From NCBI GenBank assembly GCA_030324005.1, contig JARDVH010000073.1, positions 43,333,943-43,397,942 of the forward strand: a DNA stretch of 64,000 nt, in the 5' to 3' direction. Positions 12,572 to 25,420 of this stretch are shown piece after piece. The DNA comes from Negaprion brevirostris (lineage: Eukaryota). Position numbers and translations under genes: made by a program. The notes below the pieces were generated by a model. That model was given only the letters and a program-made list of their open reading frames with translations. It ran no database searches and was not told the origin of the DNA. Numbering within the stretch: position 1 is the first letter of the stretch; each line of letters opens with the position of its first letter.

Positions 12572-13290
12572 GTAACAACAACCTTTACTAGCATAACACC
12601 TTTAACATAGTAAAATGTTGCAAGACAGTTCATAGGAAGGTTTTAAAACACACAAAAAAAATGACACTGCGGTGTTATTAGGGCAGATGAACTGAAGCTT
12701 GGTCACATAAGCCAGTTTTAAGATGTGTCTTGGGTAGTGAGAGAGGTGGAAAGGCATAGGGAGGGAACGCCACAGCTTAAGGTTTTACGGACTGGGGGCA
12801 TGGCCACCAAAAATACACCAAATCAAATCAGGAATGCTCAAGAGGCCAAAGTGCAGAGACCTCAGAGGGTCATAGCAATGGAGGAAATTACAGTGGCAGG
12901 AAGGGCCAAGGACATGGAGGGATTTGTAAGCAAGTTTGAGAATTTTAAAATTGAGGAGCTGCCTAACCAGGAGTCAATGTAGATTGCTAAACACATGAAT
13001 GATGGGTGAATGAGACTTGCTGCATGTTATGGTAGTGCAGCAGAGTTTTGGATAACGTCTAGCTTACAAAGGATAGAACATAGTCAGGAGTTGGTCAGGA
13101 GTGCATTGGAATAGTCATGTCTAGCAGTAACAAAGGCATGGACAAGGCAGGTTAGGGCTATATTACGGAAGTAGAAATATGTGATCATAGTGAGGATGAA
13201 TATGTGTCACCGGAAGCTCATATCAAAATCAATAAGACACCAAGGTTGCAAACAGTTTGATTCAGCTTTAGGTAGTTCCCAGGGCCAATA
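12572..13290 (-). mobile_element. L2-clade LINE 3' portion, decayed
   Basis: Begins with aacaacaac (reverse of a gttgtt tail). Contains gagtgcattggaatagtc..tctag and accaaggttgcaaacagtttg, the reverse of L2 RT C-terminal motifs. Confidence 0.65.
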
Positions 13291-14151
13291 AAATTCTCTC
13301 TACTCTGCTCAAACGAGTCTCCATCCTAGCACTGGCACAACTCCTCACTATACCAATGTGTGATTTTGCATTTCCCAATTGGCAATTTGCCAATTCATAC
13401 TAAACTATGAGTGCAATTATGCTGAGACAGACATTATAAGAGGAATCAGTCAGAAAAATGAAAATAGAATGTATTGCAATAATAAAGAAACTTCTGATTA
13501 GCATCTGAAAAATAAAGATAGGTAAACCATTCAGGTAGAGTCCTTTTCCAAATCTGGTAAGGTCCCCTGTTAATACTGATGACAAAAAGGAGGAAACAAA
13601 AACCAGAATACATGAATGATAATTAAATCATCAAGTGTGAGGTAATAGGCTAAATAGACAGAAAATAGATTTTGAAATGCAAAAGACATGTCAAGCCATA
13701 TGAAAAGGAATTGGAAGAGTGCAATTAACTTAAATGGAGAGTCAAGCAGAAAAGACTGTTTAAAGGGGTAAGTTGGATGTGCTTTGTTTTGGCACAGTTG
13801 CTCTTCTGCTGAGCTGCCCAAAAGTGGCACTCACGTGACCATAACAAAATGGTGTTCACTTCTATTTTTCTGTACTGTAATATTGTACCATCCAACTCCT
13901 TACGGAGGCCAAATCAAAGAGGCATTTGTTCTCATGACTCTGTCCTTAGTACTCCAGATGGCTCAAGGTAGTTTTGTGCTCTCTGAGCGACAAGAGTACT
14001 GTGCTGCTGCTGCCAGGAACAGACAATCAATTAAAGAATTAATTAATATTTACAACTAAAAGATTGAAAAGTATCTATGCTCAAGATTCATAAGATTATA
14101 CTCTTAGAGATCATTTATATAGTGTTTTTCTTGAGAAATGTGTTTCTTAAA

Positions 14152-14345
14152 GGGGACTGAATTAAGCTCAGTTGGCTGGACAGCTAGTTCAGAATGCAGA
14201 GCAACGCCAACAGTGCAGGTTCAATTCCCACTGTGACTGAGATTATTCTCAACCTTGCCCCTTGCCTGAGGTGTGGTGCTCCTCAGGTTAAATCATGCTC
14301 CTGTTTCACCACCAGTTAAGGGGAGAGACTATGGTGACTGCACCT
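14152..14345 (+). mobile_element. tRNA-derived SINE with an internal stem-loop
   Basis: A-box-like taagctcagttgg, B-box-like ggttcaattcc, then a cctgagg-tgtggtgct-cctcagg hairpin and a gactatggtgact end. Confidence 0.65.
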
Positions 14346-14410
14346 TATTGAAAACACAATATAGCAACTTCTTCTGAGCTGTACATCTGCAAAATTCACT
14401 CCCACTTGTA

Positions 14411-14735
14411 GGGGTGGCATGTTAGCACAGTGGTTAGCACTGTGGCCTCACAGCACGAGGGACCCAGATTCGTTTCCAGCCTCAGATCACTGTCTGTGTG
14501 GAGTTTGCACATTCTTTCCACATCTGCATGGGTTTCCTCCAGGTGCTCTGGTTTCCTCCCACCATCCAAAGATTGTAGGTTAGGTTGATTGGCCATGATA
14601 AATTCTCCCTTTTGTGTCAGGGACATTAGAGGATAAATATGTAAGGTTATGGGGATAGGGCCTGGGTGGGATTGTTGTCGGTGTAGGCTCAAAGGCCAAA
14701 TGGCGTCCTTCTGCACTGTAGGGATTCTATTCTAT
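14411..14735 (+). mobile_element. HE1-type V-SINE (tRNA head, V-domain, CR1-derived tail), near full length
   Basis: gcacagtggttagcactg head; V-domain tgtgtggagtttgcacattct...gggtttcctccaggtgctctggtttcctccca; tail ggccaaatggcgtccttctgcactgtagggattctattcta. Confidence 0.85.
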
Positions 14736-15718
14736 TAAATTCTAGATTTTTCTAGTTTCACACTTATAATTGCTATCAAGTAAACTGTCCAATGAGGGTG
14801 GACACGCAGGCATCAGATAAGATCAGGTTCCCCATAGCCAAACAATCTATCGCTTCTCATCGCTTAGAAACAGATATTAAGAGCACCTGTTTCAGGCAGA
14901 AGCATGGAAGAGCGAATGGAACTACACCTCTGCCTGAGTTAAAGCCTACAGGAGAAGAAGGGTGAGATGATGTAGGTTGGGATTTTGAACATTGCAGATG
15001 GAGGATGCAGTTTCATGCTGACCATTTCCTGATCTTGTTTGTGTCATTAAGGGTAGATGCTGAGCGCTGCTTAGGTGTTCCCCAATGAGAAAATAACTTT
15101 AGAAGCTCTATCACTCAAGACAGCTTTCACACACTTCACAGTCCTGGGGCATCATGATTAACCTTTTATTCCTGTATAAATCTTTAAACCAAATAAACTT
15201 GACAGATGAAAATTCCTTTCCAACTGAAAGGGAAAATGTAGAACACTGTAAAGATTAAAAATCTGAAATTAATGGAAATTTAGTTTAAAACAAGGAACAT
15301 TCTTTTTGTATTTCCAAAGTAATTTCAAAACTCAGCATCTTATTTAGAACAAATGTTTCACCTGCTCCACTGGAACCTAGCCATGAACAGAAATTAATAT
15401 TCCTTCAGCTGTTTGATGTCTATATTTCATGTGAACAATTCCTGTTTTAAAAAAAAAGATTGTGGTACTCAGAGTTCAAATAATGGAGCCGTCCTAACAT
15501 TTATTTGGGATAAATCCTCAAACTAAATCGGTGAATTGATTTAGGAAATGTACGTTGCTGGTACAAAGTTACATGAAATATTCTAGTGGTGCCTTTAACT
15601 AAAAAGGCCTTAGTTCGGACACTACAATGGCATATTATTTCTTTTTAATGTGGAGTATGATCAAACTAACTTTAAGAGACTCCCATCTTATCTTATGGCT
15701 TTCTAAAATCCTACTTAC

Positions 15719-15841
15719 CAGCACAATCCTTTTTATTCCAATGCAATTTCTTCCCGGGAGGACACACACACTCGTAACTTCCCATTGTGTTAATACAACT
15801 ATAGTCACAGCTTCCATTATTAATACTGCACTCATCGATAT
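15719..15841 (-). CDS. SCUBE1: SCUBE1 coding exon, cbEGF repeat (EGF9)
   Basis: ttttcag|AT ATC GAT GAG TGC AGT...GAT TGT GCT G|gtaagt; 123 nt, phase 1-1. Encodes (D)[40 protein letters not shown]. Confidence 0.95.
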
Positions 15842-16730
15842 CTGAAAAGATAAATTTCAGTGACTCAAATTAAAGTCTGTGGTGGGAAAGAAGCAGCCCT
15901 ATTTTTCCACTCACTTATTCAAGACTTGATGTATTCTTTATGAAAACAAATTTATTCCTTAAATACAATTCATGTCACGATCAAATACCATTATAGTAAA
16001 TAAATGACTGGGTTAAAGAATTAAATACATTATTTACTCAGGTACATGATGATTCCATAATACCAAGTAACAAGCCACGCATTAACTATGCTTTCAGTAG
16101 AAATTGAATCAACAGAATATAATTTCAGTGCAACATACTAAAATGAAAGATGTGAATAGAGAAATGAAACATGCTTTAACATGTCCTCAATAATTTGCAT
16201 CTTACTCAAAATGTAGCCAGCTATGCCTTAATCATGCTAAGTTCTGCAAGGCCCTTTCTTTGCTTCATTCCCCAAATCTGGCCATATCCCCATCAATTTG
16301 TTCTTCTGCACCCCTCCACTTTATCTCACACAATCTCTACTCCTCAGACTTCTATTTCATCTGCCATTGTGCTACTCTGGAATATCCTTGATGCCTGCAG
16401 CTACCACTACCTTCTTAAGAGCACTAACCTAAATTTCACCAACCTGCTCTTCACACTAATGTTGTTTACTGGCAAGACCAACTCTGATCACTTCCTCGCA
16501 TCTGTTAGCACCCTATCCTTTTGCAACTCAGATCCATTTGCAGTCACACTGTCTTGCAATTTGTTGATGATGGCATTTTTAAACTCTGTACAGGCTAGTT
16601 TCTGGTCTTCCATTTACGACAATATTTCAAATTTTACTTTAATATTAACTAATACTGGATAGTACCTAATACTAATCATTGCAGTTTCAATCCATGTGAA
16701 TTATAATGCCACCCATCATATTGAACAAAC

Positions 16731-16847
16731 CTCCACAATGTGTCAGTCCATATAAAGTATAACCTTTATGACACAAGCATTCAAAGCTTCCTGGGTAGTT
16801 GATGCATATGTGGTCACACGTCCTTTCGAAGGAACACTCATCGATAT
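16731..16847 (-). CDS. SCUBE1: SCUBE1 coding exon, cbEGF repeat (EGF8)
   Basis: ttttag|AT ATC GAT GAG TGT TCC...CAT TGT GGA G|gtttgt; 117 nt, phase 1-1. Encodes (D)[38 protein letters not shown]. Confidence 0.95.
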
Positions 16848-17809
16848 CTAAAATTGAAGGAAAGAAATGATACCATTAAGAAAGCCCCATTGGATACACT
16901 GGTATAACTAATAAATATATTATGGGATCTGTTCTATTTCCTCTATTCTAAGTAGTATATAATGAACAGAAGAAAATTACAGATATTTGGGACACTACAA
17001 TTCCAACTTTACATAAAACCGGTAACCAGATAAGCAGAACTTGAGTGAGGACAGCCAAGACAGAAAGGCACCAAAGGTCAGAATGAGAAACATAACACTG
17101 GCCACTGGCATCATCAGTTCACTGGTATCCACTCAGGGTACGATTAAACTTTTATTTTTCAAACACTGTGCATACAAAATGTTCCAAGACCAATGGGGAA
17201 AAGCCTCATTGAACCTCATTATTTTCACATTTAACAGAATCTACATCTGCAGCTGCTCATGATGGAGCAAATTAGCACAACAAAAAAAATGACCTAGGCC
17301 TGCCCAGCACCATTTTCACCAGGGGTGGGGGGTGCGTGAAGGAGGTTGGGACAAACTTTGTACATCTGCAGTTCATAGCGGCAATGACACCATTTAGAAG
17401 TGCAGCTGTCTTCAGTAAGAAGCAATTGTTGTTATCAAAGTTTCTGAAACATGACTTGTGGGATTAACAAATATGAGGAAAGGGTCTAAATCTGCTGGAA
17501 TTCTTTGGAGTCAGGAACCCTTTAGAATTGTTAAGAATAGACATGCATATGCATTGAGTGGAAAAAGTCCATGGAACTGTCAAGATATTTAAATTCCCTG
17601 CTCTTTAAATTTTGAAAGAAAGCAGCCTGTGGCTGGGAAAAAGGGTGCTTCCAATTTCAATAAGTCTTTGTTAGTATAAATCAGAAGGCTGTTATTATAA
17701 TATTCATGCTGCTTGTCTGCTTTCACAAGCAATCATTACAACTATGGGAGGCATGTATGTTTATAGTTTGATTGAGAGCTCCAAGAGGTTATAAAGAGTT
17801 AGCTGCTTT

Positions 17810-17990
17810 TAAGAATGTAAGAAAAACAAGTAGCACACTATTTAGCACTTAAACCTGCTCCACCATTCAATGAGATCCTGGCCAATCTTCAACTTTAACA
17901 AGAGCTTCCTGCAATATCCCCGTATCCATTGATGCTTTTATTATGTAGAAATCTATCTCAGTCTTGAACATACTCAATAACTGAGCCTTT
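17810..17990 (-). mobile_element. CR1 LINE 3' end, decayed
   Basis: cctgctccaccattcaatgagatc is the reverse complement of the CR1 terminal motif seen at 12375 and near 32090. Confidence 0.6.
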
Positions 17991-19359
17991 GAGGCAATGA
18001 ATATATTTTTTATGAGATTAAAATGTATTCAATGTGCTTTTATCAATGAAAGTTTTTTAAAAATCTATTGAAGTCTGTAATAGATGCATTGAACATAAAG
18101 TTATTTCACTTCAGCATAGCTCCTGAAGCCTGCTCATTATAATATTGGTTGAGTTGGAATGGAGGATGTAAAGACAACAGCTGGAGTGTAGGAAGGCATA
18201 GGCTGGCATGCATTTACAATAAATTGGCAAAAGAGCTATGGTGATGCGTAGAGGTCAGTGGTTGGCACTAAGTTGGCATGGAAATATAAAAGGCTATGCG
18301 GATGAGCACAGATCATGGGTTGACATAGAGGCTGTAATGGGCTATGGGGTGGCTGAGAGGGCGATATGAGGGGCAATGGGTGGTTAGAGAGGCATAGATT
18401 GGCATGGCATGTATGGGGTAAAGGAGTAAGAGTGGGAGGCATGAATTGGCATGGAGAATGTTTGAGGATGAGGAGTGAGGCTAAAGGCTTATTTGTGTTT
18501 TGCTGTTTTTACTACAACTAGGTCATAATTTCTGCACGCCAAGATAGGTTTCCCCCCACCCTGACCCCGGAATGAAAATCCATATTNNNNNNNNNNNNNN
18601 NNNNNNNNNNNNNNNNNNNNNNNNNNNNNNNNNNNNNNNNNNNNNNNNNNNNNNNNNNNNNNNNNNNNNNNNNNNNNNNNNNNNNNNNNNNNNNNNNNNN
18701 NNNNNNNNNNNNNNNNNNNNNNNNNNNNNNNNNNNNNNNNNNNNNNNNNNNNNNNNNNNNNNNNNNNNNNNNNNNNNNNNNNNNNNNNNNNNNNNNNNNN
18801 NNNNNNNNNNNNNNNNNNNNNNNNNNNNNNNNNNNNNNNNNNNNNNNNNNNNNNNNNNNNNNNNNNNNNNNNNNNNNNNNNNNNNNNNNNNNNNNNNNNN
18901 NNNNNNNNNNNNNNNNNNNNNNNNNNNNNNNNNNNNNNNNNNNNNNNNNNNNNNNNNNNNNNNNNNNNNNNNNNNNNNNNNNNNNNNNNNNNNNNNNNNN
19001 NNNNNNNNNNNNNNNNNNNNNNNNNNNNNNNNNNNNNNNNNNNNNNNNNNNNNNNNNNNNNNNNNNNNNNNNNNNNNNNNNNNNNNNNNNNNNNNNNNNN
19101 NNNNNNNNNNNNNNNNNNNNNNNNNTGAAAATCCATATTTTTGTGGAAATTTCTCCCAAGTCTGGTTTGGGCAGTTGGAAATTTTCTCAATTCTTCATGC
19201 CTGACCCAGGAGCAAAAGTTAAGCCCTAAGCACCTGGAATCCTGCTGCAGCTGACTGAACACGCAAGACAAGACAGCGGAAAAATGATATCCACAGCTGC
19301 TAACTGTAGGCATTGTTCTAATTGGCTCCAATTGGATGGAGTTCCTTCCTGTGAACCAT

Positions 19360-19907
19360 ATCATACTTTACAATCACCAAAATCAAGAGTATGTGTACGG
19401 CACATACTCTTGCAATTTGGCCAATGTTGTCTACCTGATACACTGCAGGAAAAGACACACAGTTTACAGAATTCCAATTAGAATGTGGGTCTTTACAGCT
19501 AATCTGCTATTCAAGTCTTAAAGGTGCAGACAATGTGGGTGGAGGTATCATTAAGCATAGGTTAAAGAGATGTGTATTGTCTCCAGACAGGACAGTAAGT
19601 GAGATGTTGCAAGTTCAGGCAAGGCATGGTACTTTGGGGAGACCATGCAGATGTTACGACAACGGATGAATGAACACCACTCGACAATCACCAGGCAAGA
19701 CTGTTCCCTTCCTGTTGGCGAATACTTCAGTGGTCATGGGCATTCAGCCTCTGATCTTCGGGTAAACGTTCTCCAAGGCGGCGTTCAAGACACACGACAG
19801 AGTTGCTGAGCAGAAACTGACCTCAACTGGGATCTTGGGTTCATGTCACACTACCTGTAATCCCCATGACTTGCCTGAACTTGCAACATCTCACTTACTG
19901 TCCTGTC
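19360..19907 (+). mobile_element. Penelope-like element relic: GIY-YIG endonuclease C-terminal region with an internal inverted segment
   Basis: GTYSCNLANVVYLIHCRK, then an interruption, then AWYFGETMQMLRQRMNEHHSTITRQDCSLPVGEYFSGHGHSASDLRVNVLQGG..RVAEQKL..LNWDLGFMSHYL*. The VVY...YFG/R/E/N pattern is GIY-YIG of the Penelope type. Confidence 0.85.
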
Positions 19908-20014
19908 ATTCATCATCCCTGTGCTCCCTGGTTTACCCTGGCTTCTAAGATTTAAAAATTTTAGTCATTGCCACTGAGTCAAAATCCTGGAACTCCCTTC
20001 CTAACTACACGATA

Positions 20015-20462
20015 GGGATGTAGTTACATTGGAGATGGTTCAGAGGATGTTCACTAGATTGACCCCAGAGATGAAGGGTTTGACATTCGAAGAGAGACTG
20101 GGTGGCTGGGTCTATACTCCCTGGAGTTTAGAAGGATGAGAGGAAACCTAATTGAGGTGTATGTTAAGAGGGATTAATAAAGTACATGTGGAGACGATGT
20201 TTCCTCTTGTAGGGCAGTCTAAAACAAGNNNNNNNNNNAGTGGCAGATTTGGAACAGAGATGAGGAGAAATTACTTGTTCCAAAGGGTCGTGAGTCTGTG
20301 GAATTCACTATCCCAGATTGTGGTGGATGTCAGGACTTAGTAAAGGTTTGAAGGAGAATGGGCAGATAAATGGAATTGAGCCAAAATGAGTTCAGCCATG
20401 AATGTATTAAATGGTGGAGCAGACTTGAGGGGCTGAATTGTCGACCCCTGCTCCTAGTTCTT
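20015..20462 (+). mobile_element. CR1 LINE 3' fragment
   Basis: LEMVQRMFTRL..; MRRNYLFQRVVSLWNSL; ends with the CR1 terminal motif aatggtggagcagacttgaggggctgaattg. Confidence 0.8.
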
Positions 20463-20464
20463 AA

Positions 20465-22101
20465 CACCACTACTCAAGAAAGGAGCAAAAAACTATAGGT
20501 CAGTTAGCCTAACATTTATGAATGGGAAAATGCTTGAATCCCACTATTAAGGAGGCAATAGTGGGACATTTAGAAAATTGTAATACAATTAGGCAGGATT
20601 AACTTGGTTTTGGGAAATGGAAATCATGTTTGACTAATTGNNNNNNNNNNNNNNNNNNNNNNNNNNNNNNNNNNNNNNNNNNNNNNNNNNNNNNNNNNNN
20701 NNNNNNNNNNNNNNNNNNNNNNNNNNNNNNNNNNNNNNNNNNNNNNNNNNNNNNNNNNNNNNNNNNNNNNNNNNNNNNNNNNNNNNNNNNNNNNNNNNNN
20801 NNNNNNNNNNNNNNNNNNNNNNNNNNNNNNNNNNNNNNNNNNNNNNNNNNNNNNNNNNNNNNNNNNNNNNNNNNNNNNNNNNNNNNNNNNNNNNNNNNNN
20901 NNNNNNNNNNNNNNNNNNNNNNNNNNNNNNNNNNNNNNNNNNNNNNNNNNNNNNNNNNNNNNNNNNNNNNNNNNNNNNNNNNNNNNNNNNNNNNNNNNNN
21001 NNNNNNNNNNNNNNNNNNNNNNNNNNNNNNNNNNNNNNNNNNNNNNNNNNNNNNNNNNNNNNNNNNNNNNNNNNNNNNNNNNNNNNNNNNNNNNNNNNNN
21101 NNNNNNNNNNNNNNNNNNNNNNNNNNNNNNNNNNNNNNNNNNNNNNNNNNNNNNNNNNNNNNNNNNNNNNNNNNNNNNNNNNNNNNNNNNNNNNNNNNNN
21201 NNNNNNNNNNNNNNNNNNNNNNNNNNNNNNNNNNNNNNNNNNNNNNNNNNNNNNNNNNNGATAAAAATTCAGCAGTTGGAATGTAAGGTGAGATTGTCCA
21301 CACTTGCAGGAGGAATAGAAAAGCAAAATGTTATCTAAATGGAGAGAGACTGCACAAATCTATGGCACAGGGGATATGTGTGTTCTGGTGCATGAATCAC
21401 AAAAACTTTGTGTTCAGATACAGCAAGTGATTGAGAAAGCAAGTGGAATATTGGCCTGTATTGCAAAGGGAATGGAATATTAAATGTAGGTATGTGTTGC
21501 TATAACTGTACAGGGCAATGACGAAACCACATCTGGGTACAGAAGGATTTACTTATATTGGAAGCAGTTCAGAAAAGGATCACTTGGCTCATTCCTGGGA
21601 TGAAGGGGTTGTGTTATGGTTGGCCATGTTAGGTCTATACATGCTGGACTTTAGAAGAATGAGAGGTGATCTTATTGAAACAGATTCTGAGGGGACTTGA
21701 CAGGGTGGATGTTGGGAGGATATTTCCCCATGTGAGGGACTCTAGAACTAGGAGGCACAGTTTAAAAAATAAGGGGTCTCCCAATTAAGATGGAGACAAG
21801 AAGGAATGTTTTCTCTCACTGGGTCATCAGACTTTGGAATTCTCTTCCCCAGACATTAGTGGAAGCTGAGTTGTTGAATTTACCCAAGGCCGAGTTAGAC
21901 AAATTTTTGATCACAAGCAAACCAAAAGTTATGGGGGACAGGTGGGAAAGTGAAGTTAAGGCCACAATCACATCAGCCCAGTACAAATTGAAAGGCAAAT
22001 TAATAACTAAATGGAAGGTAGATTCAAAATGCACCCAGGCAGACGAATCTGGGTGTCTCTGTTCATGAATCACAGAAAGTCAGTATGCAATTGCAGCATG
22101 T
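20465..22101 (+). mobile_element. CR1 LINE fragments (RT to 3' end), interrupted by a gap
   Basis: NYRSVSLT..GKMLES; KWKSCLTN; RRMRGDLIE; METRRNVFSHWVIRLWNSLPQ. Confidence 0.8.
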
Positions 22102-22927
22102 NNNNNNNNNNNNNNNNNNNNNNNNNNNNNNNNNNNNNNNNNNNNNNNNNNNNNNNNNNNNNNNNNNNNNNNNNNNNNNNNNNNNNNNNNNNNNNNNNNN
22201 NNNNNNNNNNNNNNNNNNNNNNNNNNNNNNNNNNNNNNNNNNNNNNNNNNNNNNNNNNNNNNNNNNNNNNNNNNNNNNNNNNNNNNNNNNNNNNNNNNNN
22301 NNNNNNNNNNNNNNNNNNNNNNNNNNNNNNNNNNNNNNNNNNNNNNNNNNNNNNNNNNNNNNNNNNNNNNNNNNNNNNNNNNNNNNNNNNNNNNNNNNNN
22401 NNNNNNNNNNNNNNNNNNNNNNNNNNNNNNNNNNNNNNNNNNNNNNNNNNNNNNNNNNNNNNNNNNNNNNNNNNNNNNNNNNNNNNNNNNNNNNNNNNNN
22501 NNNNNNNNNNNNNNNNNNNNNNNNNNNNNNNNNNNNNNNNNNNNNNNNNNNNNNNNNNNNNNNNNNNNNNNNNNNNNNNNNNNNNNNNNNNNNNNNNNNN
22601 NNNNNNNNNNNNNNNNNNNNNNNNNNNNNNNNNNNNNNNNNNNNNNNNNNNNNNNNNNNNNNNNNNNNNNNNNNNNNNNNNNNNNNNNNNNNNNNNNNNN
22701 NNNNNNNNNNNNNNNNNNNNNNNNNNNNNNNNNNNNNNNNNNNNNNNNNNNNNNNNNNNNNNNNNNNNNNNNNNNNNNNNNNNNNNNNNNNNNNNNNNNN
22801 NNNNNNNNNNNNNNNNNNNNNNNNNNNNNNNNNNNNNNNNNNNNNNNNNNNNNNNNNNNNNNNNNNNNNNNNNNNNNNNNNNNNNNNNNNNNNNNNNNNN
22901 NNNNNNNNNNNNNNNNNNNNNNNNNNN

Positions 22928-23070
22928 CCCCGGAAACAGCCCGTAGAGCACAGAGTCCTGCGTCACCGAGCTGCTCGGGACGAACCTCGACAAATACCAC
23001 TGCACCTCACTCCAGACCTTCTTTGCAAAGGCACATTCCACAAGGAGGTGTGCGACCATCTCATCTTCTC
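22928..23070 (-). mobile_element. Tx1/L1-group LINE ORF2 C-terminal fragment running into a gap
   Basis: Open, CpG-rich frame EDEMVAHLLVECAFAKKVWSEVQWYLSRFVPSSSVTQDSVLYGLFPG; E-x2-x-H-L-L-x-E-C is the second half of the L1/Tx1 CCHC motif. Confidence 0.7.
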
Positions 23071-25420
23071 CCTGACTACCTATCTGACAATTTAAGTCCG
23101 GATTGCAAGTGAAATTGGTGAATGTAAAAAGCTGGGCCACTTTAAAGTTTGTGTTGTTTGTTCACAAAATATGCAGATTTTAGCACCAATTGGCATTGAA
23201 TTGCCAAACTCATTCAAATCTGGAATATAAATGGAAACAGAAATCACACTGGCACAGTGTAATTAAATTGAAGCACATTGATTGGGGCAGATTAGGAGGA
23301 GCTTTACTTGCATCTGGTTCTGTTGTAGATGACCTGGGAGTACTGTGTCCACACTGAGTGCCCAACATCAAAAGATTTTCTGTTTCCCAGCACTGCTGTC
23401 CCTCACTTCAACTAGCACAAATGTAGAGGAAACACTTTAAAGACATTTAAGAGGAATTACAACATTTTCTCATGTAATCTAAAGCAATATAAAGAGCATG
23501 TATATGCTGATTCAAATTCTCAATGAAGGGTAACTTACACCTTGAGATATTTCAGTCTATAAAACCAACTACTTAGCACTTTCTGGTCAATTCCCCCTGC
23601 AGCAACCAATAAATCAACTCTGTACTGCTTTGCTCAAAATATCCATCAATTTGCAAAGCTAGAAGAACGGAATAAAATATTAATGGCAAACTGTCTGGAG
23701 TTAATTACAGAGCAAACTCCCTCTGAGTGGTGGGTGTTGATGCCCATGAGTAACAGTCTGCTGATACTGCACTACTTTGTCTGGCAGCAGCTGCTCCCAA
23801 TAAAGTTGCCCAAGGGGAAAGACACTAATATTAAAGGCAAAACCCTGCTCCCAGTTCCTGGAGATTCTCTTTGCACAATCTAAACCAATTACAATTATTG
23901 AAATGCACATCATGGGATTAAAAAGAGGGACCATTGGAGGAAAGCCAACTATATAATACTTGTTTATCCATATTGGGGAAACAAGTTTTATTATTCAGAC
24001 AGTAGCTGTATTTTGTTTAAAGGAGTTACCATTTAATAGAAAGTATTGAAAAATCTGCAATTGAAAGGAAGATGATATGTTGAAAAGTAACAGATAATAT
24101 GATGCTGCCCAGTGAATTTACACTGTTTACATTTAAGTGCCAGTGCCATGTATATAACTCCATACCTACACTCAGTAGGTGGTGCTTTCATGGTTATCCA
24201 ATCAAGCTCAAATAATCTGCTTCAATCTCCACTTGAGAGAAATGGTGGCTCCAAATCAACTCATTGAAATTTAAGTTGCAAACTAATTCTTCACTCCTGG
24301 CAGTTTATGCTGGCTTGCTCTGGTATCAACCCTGGCAAAACAACACCAACTCTAGTTCACCCACAATGACTTGTCCACTCCCCATTTCCTGCTTGTTTGC
24401 CATAATCTGGTCTCTTGCTCAGGGCTTGCCTAGACATCCTGTGATCTGTTGCAATGAGTATTGGTCTCTCCTTGCCCACCTGCTGTGTAGAGCTTCCCAC
24501 TCAGCTCTGTTCATTGCTCTACTGTCAGAACTGTAGCCTCCCACATTCGGGCTCTGCTGTGCGTTAATCTGCTGCTATGCACATTCAGCTTGAGATGTTT
24601 GCCCACTTAGTGCACTCTCTGACTGGGCTCCTTGTGCCTATTCCCTGCTCTCATGTTATTAACGCCTCCCATTTGGACTCAGCTTACTTATACACTTGTG
24701 AATGTGGCTTGTGGTTTCTCTTTTGACACATTGTTTGACAAGATCTCCTATGACCTTGTTGTCCTGGTCAGGCCTTAGAGTATCCTTTCAAAAATTGATG
24801 AATTTTTCCTGACTGAAAGGAGTTAACTGCAGCCTGACGAAAGTCTTGCTTCCTTGGAAATCCCACCTCCAATCTGGTCTTCAACCATTTTGCTTGTCCC
24901 ATCTCCCAGAATTTTGTCATTCGCTTAAAAATTTGACCAATTTTGTTTTCCAAAAAAACGGTCTCTCAATTTGGAGGACTCAGGTTCCACATTTCTCAAT
25001 CCTCTCCCTTTCTATATTCTATACTTGCCCAACAGTCCTTTGCTTTCCCCCTCCATTTTATGGAAAATCATGCATGGCGTCCGTACTCCATTGAAAAATA
25101 CACAGTAAACATTTCTTATGGGAATTGCAATGTGAAAATGTCAGATTTGTCTATATTTGCGACCTGTGACAACACTATATGTAGGACTAATATTCCTAAG
25201 GTTAAGTGACAACACTGAACTGCGACTATTATTTTCACACTACTAACAATAATGGAAATTCCTATATGACATGACAGCATTGACTTGTAACCATTACATC
25301 AGTCTATCAGGCAGTGTTGTATTGCCTCCAGCCTCAAATCATCATTAAAATCCCACAATACTAAATAACTACTATGATATTTAACTTATTAAGTAACTGG
25401 AAATCACCAATGATGATGTT

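Noticed and set aside
14152-14735. tRNA-like sequences considered as tRNA genes
   Set aside because: They are SINE heads: no complete cloverleaf, and they continue into SINE bodies and tails.
18489-23140. Long ORFs (200-356 aa) in the supplied track
   Set aside because: They are long only because they run through N gaps, translated as X; they are not genes.
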